A stretch of DNA of 61,095 bases from a virus (Duplodnaviria > Caudoviricetes): IMG/VR virus record IMGVR_UViG_3300046005_000771, positions 1 to 61,095 of that record, one strand, 5' to 3'. The notes under the pieces are model-generated. The model saw nothing but the letters and a program-made list of their open reading frames with translations, ran no database searches and was not told the origin of the DNA. The position numbers and the translations under genes were made by a program. Positions 44,874 to 54,796 of this stretch are shown here, one piece after another (within the stretch, counting starts at the first letter, position 1; every line of letters starts with the position of its first letter).

Positions 44874-45368
44874 TTATTCTTTCCTAAACAGTGCTGCTTC
44901 GTCTTTGCGGCGGTTATCTAGTCCTTTCAAGACCTTACCGCCGGCTTTATTATACTTGAGAAGACTTTGCATAGCCATGATTTTATCCCCGCGCAAAAGC
45001 GCCTGACGGAGGGTTGACCTCTGAAATGTGCCAAGACCAAGATTAAAGCAAAAGCTAAGAATAGCATCGTATTCATTCTGTGAAAGTCGTATAGGTAGAT
45101 AACGGGCAAGCCCTCGTTCAAATCGTGCGACATCCTTAGCCAGTAACTTGTCAACTTCTTCCTCACTCCATCTGCGGTTGTCTTCAGGCTTTAAAGGGTA
45201 CGCTTTACGAGTAGCCATGCCCTCTATGCTTGATGGTATTTTAGCCTGTTCTGGATATAAAACACTACCAACACCAATAGTCCAAAGTTTTGCAGGGCAT
45301 TGATACGGTTTGTACCTAACGCCCTCGTGGTGCTTAAGCATTTTAAATAATTCTTTACTTGCCTTCAC
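44874..45368 (-). CDS. Endolysin, GH24 phage lysozyme (probable GTG start 45368)
   Basis: HHEGVRYKPYQCPAKLWTIGVG, FNLGLG, KGLDNRRKDEAALF. Confidence 0.92.
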   Translation of the reverse strand: MKASKELFKMLKHHEGVRYKPYQCPAKLWTIGVGSVLYPEQAKIPSSIEGMATRKAYPLKPEDNRRWSEEEVDKLLAKDVARFERGLARYLPIRLSQNEYDAILSFCFNLGLGTFQRSTLRQALLRGDKIMAMQSLLKYNKAGGKVLKGLDNRRKDEAALFRKE

Positions 45369-45852
45369 GGTGTTTTTCCCATTGACGAGAACCAAAGTAG
45401 AAGCCGATTATGCTACTTACAATTGCCATTTCATCATCAGAAAATACTAAGCTCATAGCAGTGCCAAACTCTACGCCAGTATATATTGCCCAACCTAGAC
45501 CAACAAGATCTACTATTACAAGCAAGCCCACAAACGTAAAGGCTATTATAGGACGCACCTTAGCATTTAAATCTACTGTGCCTTGTGATGCCTTGTCCAT
45601 CATCTTCATGTCGTGAGCATACAAAGCCTCGCGCTCTTGTGCATAGGTCTGCACTTCAATCTCGTCTAGCTTGATGGCTTCAATCTTTTCTTGTGATGCA
45701 AAGCCAGCGGCAGCCATAGCGGCTTCTCGTTCTGTCTGCAAACGAGCCATAGCCATCTCATGCTTCTGATCGCCCTTCTGTTGAAAGAAGCCTAAGATAC
45801 TTGGTAGTGCTGATGAGCCTATGCCTAATAGGCCTGATATGATAGATAACAT
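45355..45852 (-). CDS. Holin-like membrane protein
   Basis: Hydrophobic N-terminus, VRPII, two C-terminal TM segments, GFYFGSR; directly upstream of the lysozyme. Confidence 0.7.
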   Translation of the reverse strand: MLSIISGLLGIGSSALPSILGFFQQKGDQKHEMAMARLQTEREAAMAAAGFASQEKIEAIKLDEIEVQTYAQEREALYAHDMKMMDKASQGTVDLNAKVRPIIAFTFVGLLVIVDLVGLGWAIYTGVEFGTAMSLVFSDDEMAIVSSIIGFYFGSRQWEKHREGK

Positions 45853-45854
45853 AA

Positions 45855-46325
45855 TTAATTCCCCAGTGGATTTGACGTTGCCCGTTTAAGGGCTTTTAGT
45901 TGTGATTCAATGCCTTCGCGGGTGGCTTTCATCTCTTCCCGCACACCCATTAAAGACGCGGCAGTTTCACGTACATTGCCGTTAGTAATTGCTTTAGCTT
46001 CGTTAGCAGTGCCAATGGCGTTTGATACCTTCTCTTGCATGGACACCAATTGGTTTGATGTTTGCACCATCGAGTCTTTAACTACGTTTACTGAAGCTTG
46101 CTGTGCAGACAACTGCACCTTTAGTGCGTTGACTTCTGCTTTTAACTCGGCATCGTCGTAGGGTTTAGCAGCTTCAATCGCTTCAGTCGCCGCTATAACT
46201 CGGTTGTAGGTCGTTATGCCGACGTAGATTGTTCCACCTATCGGCGCTAATACTCCAAAAAGAACTACTAATAGCGTTTTCGCTGAGTAGTTCGAGTAAG
46301 ATTCCTTGGTTTCCTTTAAGCTCAT
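45855..46325 (-). CDS. Membrane-anchored coiled-coil protein
   Basis: ATG 46325 with AGGAG RBS; one TM helix then a long coiled coil ending NPLGN. Confidence 0.6.
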   Translation of the reverse strand: MSLKETKESYSNYSAKTLLVVLFGVLAPIGGTIYVGITTYNRVIAATEAIEAAKPYDDAELKAEVNALKVQLSAQQASVNVVKDSMVQTSNQLVSMQEKVSNAIGTANEAKAITNGNVRETAASLMGVREEMKATREGIESQLKALKRATSNPLGN

Positions 46326-47469
46326 ACGGTAACTCCTGCTGGTATGCCAGTGCATCGTTCAATTGAATCTCTTGAATCTGCATAGGCTTGTTTAAAATCT
46401 CTAGGCTCAACACAATCCCAAAGCCTGGCACTAGTTCCTTGCCCTTGGGTGCTTGCGGTGCTGTCGGTGTTTGTGTTGTCTCTTGGGTCGTAGTCGTTGC
46501 AGTGGGCGCAGGGGAAGCTGGTATGCTCGGCATCTCCATTGCTGGTTGCTCTTGTTGCTGTACTACTGTCTCCTGCATCGTTGGTGCTATTGGACTGACT
46601 GGATTCAACGGACTGCTCATGTTCGTTACGTTGGTTGGACTCTTGGTGCAGGTATCCTGAGTCACCATCCAGCTGCTCCACACAGGCTCGCTGTAAGGTG
46701 TCGCGCAACTCGACATCCTGTTTTCCGTTACTGCTCCGATGTAATCTTCCTGACATGCTAAAGTCCTAACCTGCGTTGATACTGAACACGTTGCCGGGTC
46801 TGGTGTGCATGAATTTGACACCGTTGTCCACACGCCTTCCGTTGGTTGTCCATACGGGTCCGAGCAAACGCTTGTCTTGGTTTGCTGTATTGAGCCTGAA
46901 AAGTTTTGTGGACATACTAAGCTTTGGCTTTCAACGGCTGTTTGGCAGGTTGGCGGAGCGGCTTGGCAAGACCTGCTGATTTCAAACCATCCTGAGTCGA
47001 CTGGAGAGCCGTAGGGGTCGGGACAGTTTTGTTCTCTTTTAAACGTGACCGAGCCGATTTGGTTACTCCCACAGGCCTGCCTCTCTTCGGTGACGGCGCT
47101 GTAGGTGCAGCTTGCTTGGTTGGGTGTACAATTGTCAGAAGTAGTTGTCCAAGGGGTAAAACTCTGGCTTTGACACTGATAAGTGCGACTTTGATTGACT
47201 GAACCGCTGTGATTAGGGGCACAAGCAAGACTTTGATATTCAACATGGTCTGTACAGCTAGGCGGTACAGGTTGACCACATTCTGGAATACCTGGGTAAT
47301 ACTGGCAAGCAATTGCTTGGCACTGGGCAAGATCCGTTCCTTGACCAACGTAGAGACTCGAATATACCGGGCCATAACTAGTCCATTGACTTGCTGCACA
47401 ATACGCGTAAACATAGCTACTCCTTATGAGAGTCAGGAAGAGGAGTGATAAGAACGAAGTCTTTACCAT
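46183..47469 (-). CDS. Secreted Cys-rich repeat protein
   Basis: Signal-like MVKTSFLSLLFLTLIRSSYVYA, four approx. 50-aa repeats with 4 Cys and a Trp each, Pro/Thr stalk. Confidence 0.65.
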   Translation of the reverse strand: MVKTSFLSLLFLTLIRSSYVYAYCAASQWTSYGPVYSSLYVGQGTDLAQCQAIACQYYPGIPECGQPVPPSCTDHVEYQSLACAPNHSGSVNQSRTYQCQSQSFTPWTTTSDNCTPNQASCTYSAVTEERQACGSNQIGSVTFKREQNCPDPYGSPVDSGWFEISRSCQAAPPTCQTAVESQSLVCPQNFSGSIQQTKTSVCSDPYGQPTEGVWTTVSNSCTPDPATCSVSTQVRTLACQEDYIGAVTENRMSSCATPYSEPVWSSWMVTQDTCTKSPTNVTNMSSPLNPVSPIAPTMQETVVQQQEQPAMEMPSIPASPAPTATTTTQETTQTPTAPQAPKGKELVPGFGIVLSLEILNKPMQIQEIQLNDALAYQQELPYELKGNQGILLELLSENAISSSFWSISADRWNNLRRHNDLQPSYSGD

Positions 47470-47935
47470 AAATCGCCTCAAACCAATCGGGGTGTAAGTC
47501 ATACCACGCCTTTCTTGCTGCATCACCAATAGCGCCGCCTATAGGACAGGGACTGCCCGACATCTCCATAGCGACCCAGTTTTCATGGTTGGCTGCACAA
47601 GCAAGAGATACTGCCGCAACCTTTAGTCCACTATCGCTTAGGAACTTAGCCCAACGTAACTTAACGCAGTTGTTGTCCGTAACCATCGTTCCACCGGCTA
47701 CAGAAAATATCCCACCGTTGACAGCACCACTAATGCCAATGCTGCAAACATCTTGACTGAAAGCTGACATCGAAGGAGCCATAGCAGAGGGGACAGGTTG
47801 ACCCTTATAATTAATTGTTGTTTCGTCCGCATACGCTACTCCTACGGCTAATAGACCGCCGATTAAAAAACCTAGTAGTAAATACCCTAGGCTTTTTATA
47901 TTTGATCGGCAGTGTCTGTGATGAGGTAAATTCAT
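47417..47935 (-). CDS. Exported Cys-containing conserved phage protein
   Basis: TM/signal ending AYA; SAMAPS...DVC..GISG...DNNCVKL...GLKVAAVSLAC. Confidence 0.6.
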   Translation of the reverse strand: MNLPHHRHCRSNIKSLGYLLLGFLIGGLLAVGVAYADETTINYKGQPVPSAMAPSMSAFSQDVCSIGISGAVNGGIFSVAGGTMVTDNNCVKLRWAKFLSDSGLKVAAVSLACAANHENWVAMEMSGSPCPIGGAIGDAARKAWYDLHPDWFEAIYGKDFVLITPLPDSHKE

Positions 47936-47946
47936 CTACAAGCTTC

Positions 47947-48228
47947 CTAAACTAATGCGACTACAACAAAGCCAACCACGCCACCTAATACAGTTGCTAC
48001 CCAGTCCATGAAGTCGGCGGTGTGCTTGTCAGGGTGACGGGCATCGTATATCTCTTTTAAGGCTGCAATTACAGCCACCACTAGGATGGAGTAAGCGCCA
48101 ATGAACGGTGTTAATACCGCCGCAATGATGAAACCTGATAGGAAATGCATTTGCTTGTCACAAGGCACTTTGCACACGATGCAGAACTGGCTCAAAAAAG
48201 CGTTTACTTTAGCTATCAGGTTTTCCAT
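47947..48228 (-). CDS. Small membrane protein (VanZ/YfiM-like motif)
   Basis: DKQMHF...KEIYD...DFMDWVAT..GG with TM helices. Confidence 0.6.
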   Translation of the reverse strand: MENLIAKVNAFLSQFCIVCKVPCDKQMHFLSGFIIAAVLTPFIGAYSILVVAVIAALKEIYDARHPDKHTADFMDWVATVLGGVVGFVVVALV

Positions 48229-48230
48229 TG

Positions 48231-48443
48231 TTATTCCTCTTTAGGTGCGGTTAAAGACTCTTTAAGCAAGTTTACAAATGCAGACTTGCCGACATTAAGC
48301 TGGTCTAGGTTAAACTGACTTGTGCCTATCTTACGGTCTAAGTCTGATATGTGATTGACCATTGCTTGTTGTTGTGGAGTCATGTCTTCATAAACATAAT
48401 CTACATCGTCAACAGTAATGGTGGTTTTTTTGGTTTCAGCCAT
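48231..48443 (-). CDS. Small tail-fibre-associated coiled-coil protein
   Basis: 70 aa directly downstream of a tail fibre gene. Confidence 0.55.
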   Translation of the reverse strand: MAETKKTTITVDDVDYVYEDMTPQQQAMVNHISDLDRKIGTSQFNLDQLNVGKSAFVNLLKESLTAPKEE

Positions 48444-48459
48444 TTTGTTTCCTTTGAAA

Positions 48460-49686
48460 TTAAGCAGCTTCTAAGGCAGCCACTTTAGCCTTTAATTCGT
48501 CTATCATTGCTTGTTGCTCTTGAATTGCTTTTACTAAGTGCGGAGTGATTTTACTGTAATCAACAGACCACATAAGTTCAGCATCATCTGGCTTAGTAAC
48601 TACTCCATCAATTACCGTATCTAACTCTTGAGCAATAAAGCCATAATCTTGGTGGACATTTGCATCTTTCCAATCATATTGCCTTACTTTAATCTTACTA
48701 ATTGTTTCTAATACTGGATTTGAATCAGCAATGTTTTCTTTTAATCGCTCATCTGATGTTGTGTTATATAAAACAGCATTGGTAGTTGTGTTTCTACTTA
48801 TTGAACCTATGCGAGTACCAGTATGATTTAAGAATGAGGCGAATACTGCGCCAGATGTGCCATGTGATGGTTTTAGTTCAATGCCAACATCAGTTCCAGT
48901 AAATAACCCATAATAATGTCCTGTTGTTAATTCCAAATTTCCAAGAGGAGTTAATTTCATTGATTCTGATGCTGTGTTATTTACCGTTTTAAATGTTAAC
49001 CCACCACGGAATGTGGTAGATAAGTCTGTAGTGTAACCATATACCCCCCAAGTCCTAGTAGAACCACTAATGTTTCGTGTGCTAAATTCAAAGCCACCAC
49101 GCTCTACTTCTCCATTATCTGTATTAGAGGCAATCCAAGAATTTCTAGTATAGACTGCTGCTGTTGTTGATGACGGCTCTAATCTTACAGCAGGACTAGT
49201 AGTACCAATACCTACGTTACCTGCAGAGTCAATACGCATATATTCAGCATCAAGACCAACTGCATTAGTTGTTTGTGCAGCACCAAACGCTATAAAACCA
49301 TTTGCTGCTGAAACTGAACCTCTACCAGCTCCAACATATAAGTTTCCAGAAGTATTACCTGAGCCGCTTCCATTACCTGCTTTTACTGTAAGGTTGCCTC
49401 CATTACCTGCCGTAGTTGCAATATCTACGCCAATGTATGCCGCTGTTTTTTCTGCAAAACTTTGATTACCATTTACTGTTAATTTTGCAGTAGGACTAGC
49501 AGTACCAATCCCTACGTTACCCGAAGCGTCTTTAATCAGTCCACCGTTGCCTACATTTAATGTGTCTGTGCTTGCGTCACCGAGTATGGTGTTCCCCGTT
49601 GTGGTGAGGTTTACGATGGTCTCTGTACCTGTGTTGGTAAGACCCGGAGTGGTGATTCCCGTTGTGCCGTCTAGCGTGATTGCCAT
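48460..49686 (-). CDS. Tail fibre with C-terminal peptidase S74 intramolecular chaperone
   Basis: GNVGIGT repeats; YNTTSDERLKENI...GFIAQE...VDYSKI..LVKAIQEQQ. Confidence 0.85.
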   Translation of the reverse strand: MAITLDGTTGITTPGLTNTGTETIVNLTTTGNTILGDASTDTLNVGNGGLIKDASGNVGIGTASPTAKLTVNGNQSFAEKTAAYIGVDIATTAGNGGNLTVKAGNGSGSGNTSGNLYVGAGRGSVSAANGFIAFGAAQTTNAVGLDAEYMRIDSAGNVGIGTTSPAVRLEPSSTTAAVYTRNSWIASNTDNGEVERGGFEFSTRNISGSTRTWGVYGYTTDLSTTFRGGLTFKTVNNTASESMKLTPLGNLELTTGHYYGLFTGTDVGIELKPSHGTSGAVFASFLNHTGTRIGSISRNTTTNAVLYNTTSDERLKENIADSNPVLETISKIKVRQYDWKDANVHQDYGFIAQELDTVIDGVVTKPDDAELMWSVDYSKITPHLVKAIQEQQAMIDELKAKVAALEAA

Positions 49687-49687
49687 G

Positions 49688-49936
49688 TTAAGCTCCTACT
49701 TTCGCTACCTGTTCTTGATAAGCTGCTACAACTTCTTCTGTCCAAGCTACATTAGCAATCGCCACTACGTTAGCTGGTACGTCTGTTAAATCACTTGCTG
49801 GGGCTAGGCTAGAACGGTGATAGGTTTGTGCTATCTGCTCACCATCTTTTAAAATACGAGTAGCTTCACGGTATTGAATTGTACCGTTCTCTACTACTGT
49901 TATTTGGTCTATTACTTTTTCTTCTGTTAAAGCCAT
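49688..49936 (-). CDS. Tail fibre accessory protein
   Basis: MALTEEKVIDQITV...YHR...VAWTEEV; between fibre genes. Confidence 0.55.
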   Translation of the reverse strand: MALTEEKVIDQITVVENGTIQYREATRILKDGEQIAQTYHRSSLAPASDLTDVPANVVAIANVAWTEEVVAAYQEQVAKVGA

Positions 49937-49980
49937 TGTGTTTCTCCTTTTATGTGTCTGACTACATCAATCCAATGTAG

Positions 49981-51018
49981 TTAAGCTACTTCATAATGTC
50001 CTGTAAGCATTAAACTCCCTGCCGTATCCATAGCTACTGCAGTAGCAGCACCACCCCCAACAGGGGTTTGAGATAAGGAAACAATAGTTGCGTTTAAGTT
50101 AACGTACGCTGCTAATAAGTTTAATGCTGTCATTGTAATGTTTTGGTACCATGTAGAAAGAGCATTAAACGTGCCAGCAGTTGCAATACTGGTAAATGGA
50201 AGCCCTGCAACACTCATATTTCCTGTGCCTGTATGAGCAGTCCAAACAAAATATATAGTAAAATACACACGATTGCCTATTTTTGTATACCTACCTATTT
50301 GAGAGTTAGCTGAATAAGTTCCTGTCCCAGCAGTAGTAGTACCTATAATGGTAGGCGTAAATGTACCTTCCTCATAATCATCTAGCGTATTAGCATCTGT
50401 ACTCGCTGATTGTGTAGCTGGGAATGTAATACCTGAACCTGATGTAGAAGGTGTTGCGTTGCCTACACCGATAGTGTTTAGAGTTTGAAGTCCACCACTA
50501 GCATTTAGTGTCATTGCTTGGGTGAAGGTTATAGCGTTACCTGCTGTGCCTGATGCTGCCGTGAACCATTGGTGCGCACCACTTGAAGTCATTACATATT
50601 GAGCTGGAACGTATGAAGTGCCTGTCCCTTTATAAATAAAATTCGTACCGTTATAGTAAGAACTATTCATCAAACGAGTATACCCAGATGTTGCCGCAGT
50701 ACTACCAACAAGTGCTGTCCATGCTCCTGCTTCAACAGCACAATTGCTTGCGCTCCAAGCACTAGGAGTTACACCTATACCCACGTTACCCGAAGCGTCC
50801 TTGACCAGCCCACCGTTGCCTACATTAAGCGTGTCTGTGCTTGCGTCACCGAGTATAGTGTTGCCTGTGGTTGTTAGGTCAGTAAACGATGCTGCTCCGC
50901 CTGATGATATTAATGTTCCGCTAACTGCAGGCAGGGTTAGTACCGTTGAACCTGATACTGCTTGGGCTTGTAAGGTAACGCTACCGCTGGTGTCACCAGC
51001 TACAATTACGCTTGACAT
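49981..51018 (-). CDS. Tail fibre protein (no S74 domain)
   Basis: GNVGIG, ANTLDDYEEGTFTP, GRYTKIGNRV, GLPF. Confidence 0.8.
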   Translation of the reverse strand: MSSVIVAGDTSGSVTLQAQAVSGSTVLTLPAVSGTLISSGGAASFTDLTTTGNTILGDASTDTLNVGNGGLVKDASGNVGIGVTPSAWSASNCAVEAGAWTALVGSTAATSGYTRLMNSSYYNGTNFIYKGTGTSYVPAQYVMTSSGAHQWFTAASGTAGNAITFTQAMTLNASGGLQTLNTIGVGNATPSTSGSGITFPATQSASTDANTLDDYEEGTFTPTIIGTTTAGTGTYSANSQIGRYTKIGNRVYFTIYFVWTAHTGTGNMSVAGLPFTSIATAGTFNALSTWYQNITMTALNLLAAYVNLNATIVSLSQTPVGGGAATAVAMDTAGSLMLTGHYEVA

Positions 51019-51019
51019 A

Positions 51020-52081
51020 TTATTTAACTCCCTTGAGTAAATCTATTTCTGCTTTTAATTCGTCTATCATTGCTTGTTGTTCTTTAATAGAGTTAAGCAT
51101 TAACCATGTAATTTCAGTTGCGTCAAACTTTTTGATGTCTGTATCATCTTCGTCATCTGCATTTAATTTAGCTTGGTAAGTACCAACAGTATTTGGTAAC
51201 ACTTCCATTACTTCATCGGCAATAACTCCAAGACCTTTCATACCCTCGGTAGTGCCACCCTTACCGTTATATTCCCACTCTTTAACATTAACTTGCATTA
51301 GTTCTGCAAGACCTTTTGTGTAGTTTGTTACGTTGTCTTTTAGGCGAATGTCTGATGGGTTAGACCACGTAGTTCCTGTTGCTTTTTGTGCCGTAGAGCC
51401 AGCTAGTATTAAGGCTCCAGCAGAATCAATACGCATACGTTCCGTGCCATTTGTATAGAATATCTGTTTAGTATTTGCACCAGTCATGTAAAATTCAAGA
51501 GCTTCACGTCTAGTAGTTGTAGCAAAGGTAGAGCCAAGATATTGAATGACAGCACCCGAAGCGTCAGTATCATTGCCTAAACCAAAGTTAGTTGCACCTG
51601 CTGAACCTGCTATAGATAGACTTAATCTTTGGGCGGTACTAGTAGTGCCAATACCCACGTTACCAGCAGAATCAATATGCATACGTTCTGCTAAAGCACC
51701 AGAAGCGTTTGGAGTGGTATAAAAACCTATAGAGCTACCAGATGCAGAGCCAATACGATTAATCTGCATATAAGCTCGGTCTGTTCTACCAAACTTAGAA
51801 TTTCCATCTATATCAGTACCAGTATCGTAATTACCACCAGCAAGACCTATACTATTGCCATCAAATGTCATGTTAGCATTATCAATTAATTCACCACCTG
51901 TAGTAGCGTAAGTAATACGCCCAGAGGTTAATGCAGATGATGTAACCGCCCCCGTAATAGCAGCGCCCGATGACGTAATAGCAACAATGGTTGTGCCACC
52001 GCTTTGTAGGTTTAAGTTGCCCGATGTGTCTGCTGTCTGGACTAGACCTGTTGAAAGACTCGCATTTAATGTAACTGCCAT
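51020..52081 (-). CDS. Tail fibre with C-terminal peptidase S74 intramolecular chaperone
   Basis: ERMRIDSAG repeats; WSNPSDIRLKDN...GVIADE...IKEQQ; probable start MAVTL. Confidence 0.82.
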   Translation of the reverse strand: MAVTLNASLSTGLVQTADTSGNLNLQSGGTTIVAITSSGAAITGAVTSSALTSGRITYATTGGELIDNANMTFDGNSIGLAGGNYDTGTDIDGNSKFGRTDRAYMQINRIGSASGSSIGFYTTPNASGALAERMHIDSAGNVGIGTTSTAQRLSLSIAGSAGATNFGLGNDTDASGAVIQYLGSTFATTTRREALEFYMTGANTKQIFYTNGTERMRIDSAGALILAGSTAQKATGTTWSNPSDIRLKDNVTNYTKGLAELMQVNVKEWEYNGKGGTTEGMKGLGVIADEVMEVLPNTVGTYQAKLNADDEDDTDIKKFDATEITWLMLNSIKEQQAMIDELKAEIDLLKGVK

Positions 52082-52091
52082 AATAATTTCC

Positions 52092-53042
52092 TTATAAAAT
52101 CGCCCAAGAGTAGCCACTTGGCACAGTAACCACCACGCCCGCGTTAATTGTGATAGGTCCAACGCTCATGGCAGACTTGCCTGTAGACAATGTGTAGTTA
52201 GTCGTGACAATCAATTGGTTCTCTTGGAACACTTGATCACTGCCACCACCTGTAGCACCGCTGCCAATGGATCCCCAAACCGACCCATTATATCCCTCAA
52301 AGGTGGTGTTGCTGGTGTTAAAGCGAACCATGCCGGATACAGGAGAGGGCCTTTGCGCTGTTGTACCCACTGGAGTAGTAAGTGCACCCGTAGTTGCAGT
52401 ACCTACAAACCCTGAAACGGCCAAACTAGTTGCAGAGGCTACGCCAAGAACAGGTGTGACCAGTGTAGGGGAAGTATTAAACACTAAGCTGGTGCTTGTC
52501 GTACCCGTTGCACCAGAGGCCGTGTAGCCTGTAATATTATTAAAGGCTGTGATGCTTGCAGAGGTTGCGTTCGTGCCCCCTGAAGCGACAGGAAGAGCCG
52601 AAGCAAGAGTAAGGGATGCAAGATGCGTAATCGCATCCACTACATTCGTCCCATTATTAAACACAAACATAGACTTGCCTGCAGGTACTATCACACCCGT
52701 TCCCGTGGTGTTCTTAACGGTCTTAGCCGCAGTGGTAGTGTTGTTTACCAAATATAACTTTTCAATCTGACAGCCTGCTCCAAGGATTAAACTGCCTACA
52801 TAACCAATGCCCGCGCCGCTCTCTGTAATATTTAAACGTAAGTTACGCGCAGTTTGGGCAGCATTAGTATCCGTTAAAGTAACCGTAACATCGGCAGCAG
52901 AACTATAGGCCACGTCCGCAGACCCTGTGATAGCTTCGCCCAAGGCAGTACCCAAATTGTTATTTGTGGTTGTGCCCCACGTGTACGATTGCTCGCCCGT
53001 AGCAATGAGCTCTATTTTAAGCGGTGAAAAGGTTGAAGCCAT
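52092..53042 (-). CDS. Tail fibre / spike-like structural protein
   Basis: MASTFSPLKIELIATGEQSYTWGTTTN; GTTAQRP..GMVRFN..FEGYNG; C-terminal VGPITI..GVVVTVPSG.W. Confidence 0.7.
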   Translation of the reverse strand: MASTFSPLKIELIATGEQSYTWGTTTNNNLGTALGEAITGSADVAYSSAADVTVTLTDTNAAQTARNLRLNITESGAGIGYVGSLILGAGCQIEKLYLVNNTTTAAKTVKNTTGTGVIVPAGKSMFVFNNGTNVVDAITHLASLTLASALPVASGGTNATSASITAFNNITGYTASGATGTTSTSLVFNTSPTLVTPVLGVASATSLAVSGFVGTATTGALTTPVGTTAQRPSPVSGMVRFNTSNTTFEGYNGSVWGSIGSGATGGGSDQVFQENQLIVTTNYTLSTGKSAMSVGPITINAGVVVTVPSGYSWAIL

Positions 53043-53078
53043 GTTTTAGTCCTTCAAATTTAAGTACATTTTACAGTA

Positions 53079-54038
53079 TTATTGGTTATCGTCAACCACA
53101 TTCCACCCTGGGGATTGCGTGTCATTTACGGGTGTCCACGTTATTGTCTGTGCATCATTTATAGCTACCCAATCAGGGGTTTGACCATCATTTACTTGGA
53201 ACCATCCACGAGCATACTGCAAATCTAGCAGCGTCATCAATTCCAACACCGTTCCAACAAACTCAACCGATCCAGACTGGGTATCGGTCATTGTAAATAA
53301 TTCAAAACTATTGGCTAAAAAGGCCGCGTTTACACTTTGCGTATCGGCTAGTGTGGTGACTTCATCTCGCACGGCCACAAACGCAGCAAGTACATCCTGT
53401 GAGTCCGTTACCGTTTCTGTTTCAGTGACTAATCCTATAAAATCAGCCAATACATCTTGTGCTTCAGTAACAGTTATGGTATCTACCACAAAGCCTAAGA
53501 AGCTGCCTGTAGACGAGCTTGCTTCTAGCATTACTATCTGTTCTCCCTGACTTGCTAGGAAGTCCGCATTTACATCATCATTGGTCGACAATGTGATGTT
53601 GTTATATTGAGCTGCTACGAAGTCTGCCTGTACTGCCTGTGAATCGGTTAAGGTTTGTGACTCGCTTACTGACCCTACAAAATCCGCTTGCACCGCTTGT
53701 GAATCAGTTAGTGTTACTTCTTCTGTTTGAGAAGATAAAAAGTCTGCTGCAGCACTTTGTGCTTCGGATAGCGATATTGTCTCTGCCTGTGCAGATAGAT
53801 AATCAGCGAGGGCACTTTGCGTCTCAGACAGTAACAGGCTTTCATCTCTTGCTGCAATAAATCCTGCAAGCACATCCTCTGCGCTTGATACTGTTAGGCT
53901 TTCATCTCGTAGGCATAAGAAATCAGCTGATACAATTTGTACTTCGGTCAGTGTAATGGATTCAGCTATGTCTACAGGATAAGCAGTTCCCCCTAGTGCG
54001 GCAAACGGTATCTGAGCAAAAGATGCAAATCCAAACAT
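53079..54038 (-). CDS. Acidic repeat-containing virion protein
   Basis: MFGFASFAQIPFA start; approx. 19-aa repeats of the form E.(L/I)T(L/V)..SQ.V.ADF. Confidence 0.6.
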   Translation of the reverse strand: MFGFASFAQIPFAALGGTAYPVDIAESITLTEVQIVSADFLCLRDESLTVSSAEDVLAGFIAARDESLLLSETQSALADYLSAQAETISLSEAQSAAADFLSSQTEEVTLTDSQAVQADFVGSVSESQTLTDSQAVQADFVAAQYNNITLSTNDDVNADFLASQGEQIVMLEASSSTGSFLGFVVDTITVTEAQDVLADFIGLVTETETVTDSQDVLAAFVAVRDEVTTLADTQSVNAAFLANSFELFTMTDTQSGSVEFVGTVLELMTLLDLQYARGWFQVNDGQTPDWVAINDAQTITWTPVNDTQSPGWNVVDDNQ

Positions 54039-54039
54039 G

Positions 54040-54783
54040 CTACAATACAACCCATCTACTACCTGACGGCACGGTAATCGTAACACCCCCTGAAATTACC
54101 ACCGGCCCAACTGAACTAGCAGAGTAGCCTGATGGGATTGCGTAGGTAGTACCTATGGTCATGTTATTAATAACTAGTCCATTTGAAGCTAGTAACTCCG
54201 CACCTGTAACTGTAGCTGATACAGAAAGACTTGTGCCGGTTGCAGCGCCTATAACGGGCGTGATTAAGGTTGGAGTGTTATCTACTACAAACTTAGTACC
54301 TGTACCTGTCTGGCTTGCTATGCTTGTAGCATTACCTACTGAAGTGATCGGACCAGTTAAATTGGCATTGGTGGTAACGTTTCCTGCTGTTAAACCTGAA
54401 GCGGTACCCGTAATGTTAGTACCTACCAAGGAGGCCGGAGTACCTAGTCCAATAGCATTACCAGATGCATCTAGCCACAAGCCTTTTTCAGCAGGGTATG
54501 TAACAAATACATCCTGTGTGCCTGAACTAAAATTAGTAAGTGAACCACCGTTAGAGGAAGATAACACCGTTGTTCTAGCTAGTGTAGTACCCGATAGCGT
54601 ATACGTGCCAATACCCACTTCCCAGTTTGGACCACCCTGATCTGAGATAGTGTAGTAACAAGTATTGCCATTACCGACAACAGAAAAAGCCTGGAAGCCT
54701 GTGGAGGCTCCAAGCAGTGTAACCGTGCCCGTACCTGGCGAGTTCGCGGTCTCTTTTACTCTATCTTTAAGGACGAGAGCCAT
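54040..54783 (-). CDS. Tail structural protein
   Basis: MALVLKDRVKET...WEVGIGTY...VFVTYPA; C-terminus paralogous to 52092-53042. Confidence 0.7.
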   Translation of the reverse strand: MALVLKDRVKETANSPGTGTVTLLGASTGFQAFSVVGNGNTCYYTISDQGGPNWEVGIGTYTLSGTTLARTTVLSSSNGGSLTNFSSGTQDVFVTYPAEKGLWLDASGNAIGLGTPASLVGTNITGTASGLTAGNVTTNANLTGPITSVGNATSIASQTGTGTKFVVDNTPTLITPVIGAATGTSLSVSATVTGAELLASNGLVINNMTIGTTYAIPSGYSASSVGPVVISGGVTITVPSGSRWVVL

Positions 54784-54796
54784 TTGCGGCTCCTAA

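Noticed and set aside
49503-50875. Tail-fibre repeats as DGR template and variable repeats
   Set aside because: No reverse transcriptase; both copies are coding and internal, and differences are mostly synonymous rather than adenine-specific.
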